This document shows positions 59,732 to 64,000 of a DNA stretch of 64,000 nucleotides, in pieces. Below the pieces are notes generated by a model. It made no database searches and was not told the origin of the DNA. It was given only the letters and a program-made list of their open reading frames with translations. This DNA comes from an uncultured candidate division Zixibacteria bacterium. GTDB lineage: Bacteria > Zixibacteria > MSB-5A5 > GN15 > FEB-12. Every line of letters begins with the position of its first letter. Position 1 is the first letter of the stretch. The stretch covers positions 896,001-960,000 of the forward strand of contig CAVTJJ010000004.1 of the NCBI GenBank assembly GCA_963735035.1, given 5' to 3'. The translations under genes were made by a program, and so were the position numbers.

Positions 59732-61196
59732 ATGTCAGATGTTGTTCCCGATCCGCTGGCGTCGCCGAGCGAGGGGCTGTGGGGTCAACTCCAATCCATG
59801 AGTCGGCCGTTCTGGATGGTCAACATCATGGAGATGTTGGAACGCCTGGCCTACTACGGCGTCCGAGTCGTCATCCCGATCTACATCGCTCAGGCTGACG
59901 AAATCAACGGTTTGCATTTCTCCCAGGCCGACAAAGGGACCATCTTCTTCTGGTGGGCCATCTTTCAGTCGTTGACGCCGATGCTGTCAGGTGGCTTCGC
60001 CGACCGTTACGGCTATAAACGAACCATTGCGACATCGATCTTCATCAAGATGCTCGGCTACATTTTGATGGCGACTCAGCGCGAGTTCTGGCCGTTCCTG
60101 ATCGGCTGTTGTGTTCTGGCGCTCGGTACCGCAATCTTCAAGCCGGGAGTACAGGGGACCATGTGCCAGTCTCTGACCAAGAAGAACTCATCGGTCGGTT
60201 GGGGCACGTTCTATATGGTGGTAAATATCGGCGGTTTCCTTGGCCCGCCGCTGGCGCATTACCTGTATGGCTTCTCGTGGCCGACAGTATTCTACGGTTG
60301 TGCCGGGATCGTATCGCTCAACTTCCTGATGCTGCTGACCTATAAGGATCCTTCCACAGGTGGCGTCCAGAAGGGCGATCCATTTCATGTCTTTTGGATC
60401 ACACTGAAGGAATTTTTCAATCTCCGCCTGATCATCTTCATTGTCATCATGTCGGGCTTCTGGCTGATGTTCATGCAGCTCTTTGACCTGCTGCCGAATT
60501 TTATCGTCGATTGGGTCAATAGCTCGCGGGTTGTGAGTGACCTTGGGATTCCGGACTGGATGCTCCAGCTCAATTCGCCCCGAGCGCCTCAGATTTCACA
60601 GGAGTGGATGATCAATATCAACTCCGGTCTGATCGTTTGTGCGGTTGTGCTGGTCTCATTCATGGTTTCCCGGATGCGGCGCGTGATGTCGATCTTCATG
60701 GGCATTACGGTGTCTTCGGTCGGTCTGGCGCTGGCGGGGTTCTCGACTTCGGGGTATCTGTGTCTGGGCGGCATCATGTTCTTTTCGATCGGCGAAATGC
60801 TGGCTTCGCCCAAGATGAGTGAGTATCTCGGAGTTATTGCACCGGAAGGGAAGAAGGGGCTGTACATGGGATACGCCAACATCCCCAACGGGATCGGCTG
60901 GGCGCTCGGTTCGATCTATGCCGGTAATGTGTACGAGGAGTTCGGCGAGAAAGCGAGCCTGGCGGTCAAGTATCTGGATGCGAACTATCATATGGCCGGA
61001 GTGGATCGTACCGTCGCGATGAACAAGCTCATGGAAGTGACCGGCCTGAACGCCCAGCAGGCGACCGATCTGCTTGTGGAATACTTATCATCCCTACGAG
61101 CTATGGTATCGTTTCGCGGCAATTGGCATAGCCGCGGCCGTGGGGATATTCTTCTACGCGCGATGGGTGCGCAAGTTCGAAGCGGCCGACGTATAG
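59732..61196 (+). CDS. MFS transporter, POT/PTR peptide-transporter-like; +1 frameshift near 61074
   Basis: EMLERLAYYG (ExxERxxYY), GGFADRYGYK, FKP, FYMVVNIG. Removing one base at CTGCTTGTGG restores a last TM (LWNTYHPYELWYRFAAIGIAAAVGIFFY..) ending at TAG 61196. Confidence 0.85.
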
Positions 61197-61458
61197 ACAG
61201 TCATTCGAATTAGATGCCGTAGAGCCGAGCGTCGCCCGAAAGTGGCGGCGCTCGGTTTCTGTTTCTGTGCGGACCCCACCAGATAACTCTTGACATTGCA
61301 CCTCCCACCTTGCCATACTACCTTTGAAAGCAGTATAGATTATCGCGGGAATGCGACCCTTTGAGGGGAATCGCCTGTGGAAACGCACAAATCCGGGACG
61401 GTACAAAAGACGAGCCTTGCTCTGAGGCCCGGTGTACAACCAATATATGGGAGGTATA

Positions 61459-61566
61459 ATGAAAGATCGCAGCAAGATAGCTTTCGGCAATGCACTGAAA
61501 TGTGTGGGTAACGCGCACGGCAGGCCGATGGTAAACACAATTCTGGAGACGGGAGGTCAGAAGTGA
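61459..61566 (+). CDS. Putative 35-aa leader ORF
   Basis: GGGAGG RBS, ATG 61459, and a TGA overlapping the GTG start of the next gene. Confidence 0.45.
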   Translation: MKDRSKIAFGNALKCVGNAHGRPMVNTILETGGQK

Positions 61567-62621
61567 GAAGATCCGTTATTGGTGTATTACTCACTTTTGT
61601 ATTCGCGGCGGCAACGACAGTCGCCTCAGGCTACGAAGTTACCAAAGTAATTGAGATCGGTCCGGCTGTGCCTCTCTTGACTGGGGGTGCGCTCAAGTGG
61701 AGCCCCGACGGTACCATGCTGGCGTATTTCGCGAACAACTACCTGATGGTCTCAGACACGCTGGGGAATAGCCGCCAGGTGGTTGGCACAGAAGGACTTA
61801 CTCCCATGCGCGCCGAATGGGCGTCAAACAATGAGTTTGCGGTGAATCTGGCGAATCGTGAGGACACCGACTCGATGCTGTATCGTCTTGTCGTATATGA
61901 CATCGTGAGTGGCTCTCAGAGGTTGGTGCGGGAATGTTGGAGGACACGATGGAGCCTGCTTCCTGGCCACAGCGGCTTTGATGGCCCCTATGTCACGATG
62001 GAGGGTAACGCCTATTATGAGGAAGTCGTGATTTCCGGACTTGAGGAAGGAGAACTCAAGGAGAAGCTCAAGAGCACGGTTGTTAACAAAACCAAGACTC
62101 CTTTGTCATCGGCCAAGGGGATCTCAGAGGTGCTGGCAAGTAATCACCTACAGGTCTGGGGGAAGGATGGCCTTTACTCTGTGAATTGGGCTGGCGCAGA
62201 TTCGACGCAGCTTTCTTCCGAGGACGCTAGCGGTGCGCTCAAGGTTGGTATCACAGCGTCACCAGACCGCACTTGGATCTTCAGACGCGGCCGCCTCATG
62301 AACAGAATTACGCACGATACAATTGATGTTAGACAATTTACAGGAAGTGTGCCGGCGGGCACCGATTTGTGTGGATACAGCCGGATAAGCTTCAATCCGC
62401 GTTCTGAAGAGATTCTCTTTCAGCACTATTGTGAAAGTGGAGATACTCTTGTGATCGACAGGATTGCCACTTTCGATTATTCCAGCAAAGTGTTTGCTTT
62501 GCTTGATACTCTGACAGGCATCGAAGGAGGTACGTCTCCGGTTTATGCACCGGATGGGCGGATGATTTCCTTCTGTGCCCGTGGCAAGGCTTATATCATC
62601 TGGCGTGGGGTGACGCCATGA
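61563..62621 (+). CDS. Secreted TolB/PD40-like beta-propeller protein
   Basis: Signal peptide; WSPDGTMLAY, ASPDRTW and YAPDGRMISF repeats. Confidence 0.75.
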   Translation: MRRSVIGVLLTFVFAAATTVASGYEVTKVIEIGPAVPLLTGGALKWSPDGTMLAYFANNYLMVSDTLGNSRQVVGTEGLTPMRAEWASNNEFAVNLANREDTDSMLYRLVVYDIVSGSQRLVRECWRTRWSLLPGHSGFDGPYVTMEGNAYYEEVVISGLEEGELKEKLKSTVVNKTKTPLSSAKGISEVLASNHLQVWGKDGLYSVNWAGADSTQLSSEDASGALKVGITASPDRTWIFRRGRLMNRITHDTIDVRQFTGSVPAGTDLCGYSRISFNPRSEEILFQHYCESGDTLVIDRIATFDYSSKVFALLDTLTGIEGGTSPVYAPDGRMISFCARGKAYIIWRGVTP

Positions 62622-64000
62622 AACAAATAGCAATATTTGGTGGCATATGTCTACTTATGCTATTCCTTGGCGTGTCTGAATCTCGTGGGGATTTTTCCGG
62701 GCCTTGGGTCATGTTTGATCCGGGACACGGAGGCGATGCTCCAGGGAGCCTCACGCCCATTGACAATTACTTCGAAAAACACATAAATCTCGAAGTGGCC
62801 GACTCTTTGATAGCGTGGCTAGATCGGTTTGGTTGGAAGGATACTTTGCACTATGTCTTCACGAGATACAGCGATTCCACGGTCTCGAATTCCGATAGGG
62901 CGGAGAGGGCGGATGACCTCGATGTTGGCAGGTTCGTTTCAATTCATCACAATTCTGCGGACACATGCCCACCAACTCAACGTACCGAAACGTTGTATTC
63001 AACACTCAGCAACTGTGACAACGGCTCCTATGCCGGTCATGTACGTGACACAAGCGAAACCTTAGCTCTAAAGCTCGGTTATCGTATCAGGGACGATGCC
63101 TTTAGATACCACCTTCATGATCCCACTAATACCGGTGCCGCGCACACTGTTCTCAGCAGGACCTTTATGGAATCGGCGATCACTGAAGCCTCCTATACCT
63201 GTGATGCTGAGGAAGCAGGCAAATTCCATAACAATTATGACCTGCACGTTGACAAAGAAGCCGTCGCAATCTATAATGGTTGGTACAGCACTCACATTGG
63301 GCAAGGCTTGGGAGTTGTTGAGTATGCGTATCTCGATCGCTTACCTATCGACTCCTTGGATTGCGATCAGCACGTGCAGATTACAATAGGAACTAATGGT
63401 GACCCCATTGATTTACGCCCCCCGTACGAAGGGTGCTGGGCTCAGGAAGAGAACATACGCCTCTTTGCATACCCGTTTGTCAAAGACGGATATCAGTACT
63501 ACTTTCATCATTGGGAATGGGTTGATTGGGAGACGCGGGATGTCTATGAGATCGCCAGCTACAATCCGTATGACTTCCTTGTGTTTCCGGATTGGAACAG
63601 CGTGCACTACTATCGTGCCGTATTCACCGGAGGTCGGTTTACAGGTCAGTTTGTCACCCCTTGGATTACTCCCACAGCGATTCAGAACAATAATCCATAT
63701 CTGATTCAGTGGAACATAGGAGAGGGCGTGCTAAACACCTGTTCCCTTTATGTTGATTTCAGTTCCAACGGCGGTTCGTCATGGTCCACAATACTGGGTC
63801 CCGTGCCCTACGACTATGGCTATGCGAGAAGCGCCCAATCCGTTGATGCTGCGAACCCCGAGGATAGGGCCGGAAGATACTTGTGGAATGTCCCTGCGAT
63901 CCAGTCTGACAATTGCTATCTGCGTATTCGGGCGAGTGACTACGTTGATAATCAGACAACATTCCAGTCAAACAAGTTTTCGATTGCGTCCTGCCTGCTG
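62618..64000 (+). CDS. N-acetylmuramoyl-L-alanine amidase (Amidase_3) with C-terminal extension; partial
   Basis: Manual translation from ATG 62618: signal peptide, FDPGHGG, EKHINLEVA, FTR, FVSIHHNS, SAITEA; frame stays open to the window end. Confidence 0.88.
   Translation, partial: MKQIAIFGGICLLMLFLGVSESRGDFSGPWVMFDPGHGGDAPGSLTPIDNYFEKHINLEVADSLIAWLDRFGWKDTLHYVFTRYSDSTVSNSDRAERADDLDVGRFVSIHHNSADTCPPTQRTETLYSTLSNCDNGSYAGHVRDTSETLALKLGYRIRDDAFRYHLHDPTNTGAAHTVLSRTFMESAITEASYTCDAEEAGKFHNNYDLHVDKEAVAIYNGWYSTHIGQGLGVVEYAYLDRLPIDSLDCDQHVQITIGTNGDPIDLRPPYEGCWAQEENIRLFAYPFVKDGYQYYFHHWEWVDWETRDVYEIASYNPYDFLVFPDWNSVHYYRAVFTGGRFTGQFVTPWITPTAIQNNNPYLIQWNIGEGVLNTCSLYVDFSSNGGSSWSTILGPVPYDYGYARSAQSVDAANPEDRAGRYLWNVPAIQSDNCYLRIRASDYVDNQTTFQSNKFSIASCLL

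Overview
Bacterial chromosomal window, most likely from candidate phylum Zixibacteria or another FCB-group lineage (inferred from the cysteine-flanked dockerin-like modules and the gene content; not verifiable here). 1-11.6 kb is housekeeping: secA (partial), rsgA, a GH57 enzyme, a sirtuin, a TPR lipoprotein, pyrK-pyrD-pyrF and a GNAT. The rest is dominated by large secreted proteins. Seven genes carry a dockerin-like module: four ~1,230-aa paralogs (one at 12.2-15.8 kb, three in tandem at 46-58.6 kb), a C10 cysteine protease and a two-gene operon. Main observations: (i) a ~280-nt structured 5' leader RNA, present twice with pairing-preserving substitutions, plus an orphan 16S-complementary SD ~134-145 nt upstream of all three tandem paralogs; (ii) mosaic homogenisation of the dockerin and 3' UTR among the paralogs; (iii) a porin followed by a tandem beta-carbonic anhydrase joined in frame to a chemoreceptor; (iv) a kinase-TPR-GAF-sigma54 activator, small secreted ORF and WYL regulator module; (v) a complete IS1-family element with an 8-bp TSD and three leaderless promoters sharing an operator. 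Also present are tRNA-Ser(CGA) and clusters of REP-like palindromes. About six single-base frameshifts suggest indel errors in the assembly, so fusion and pseudogene calls need checking against reads.
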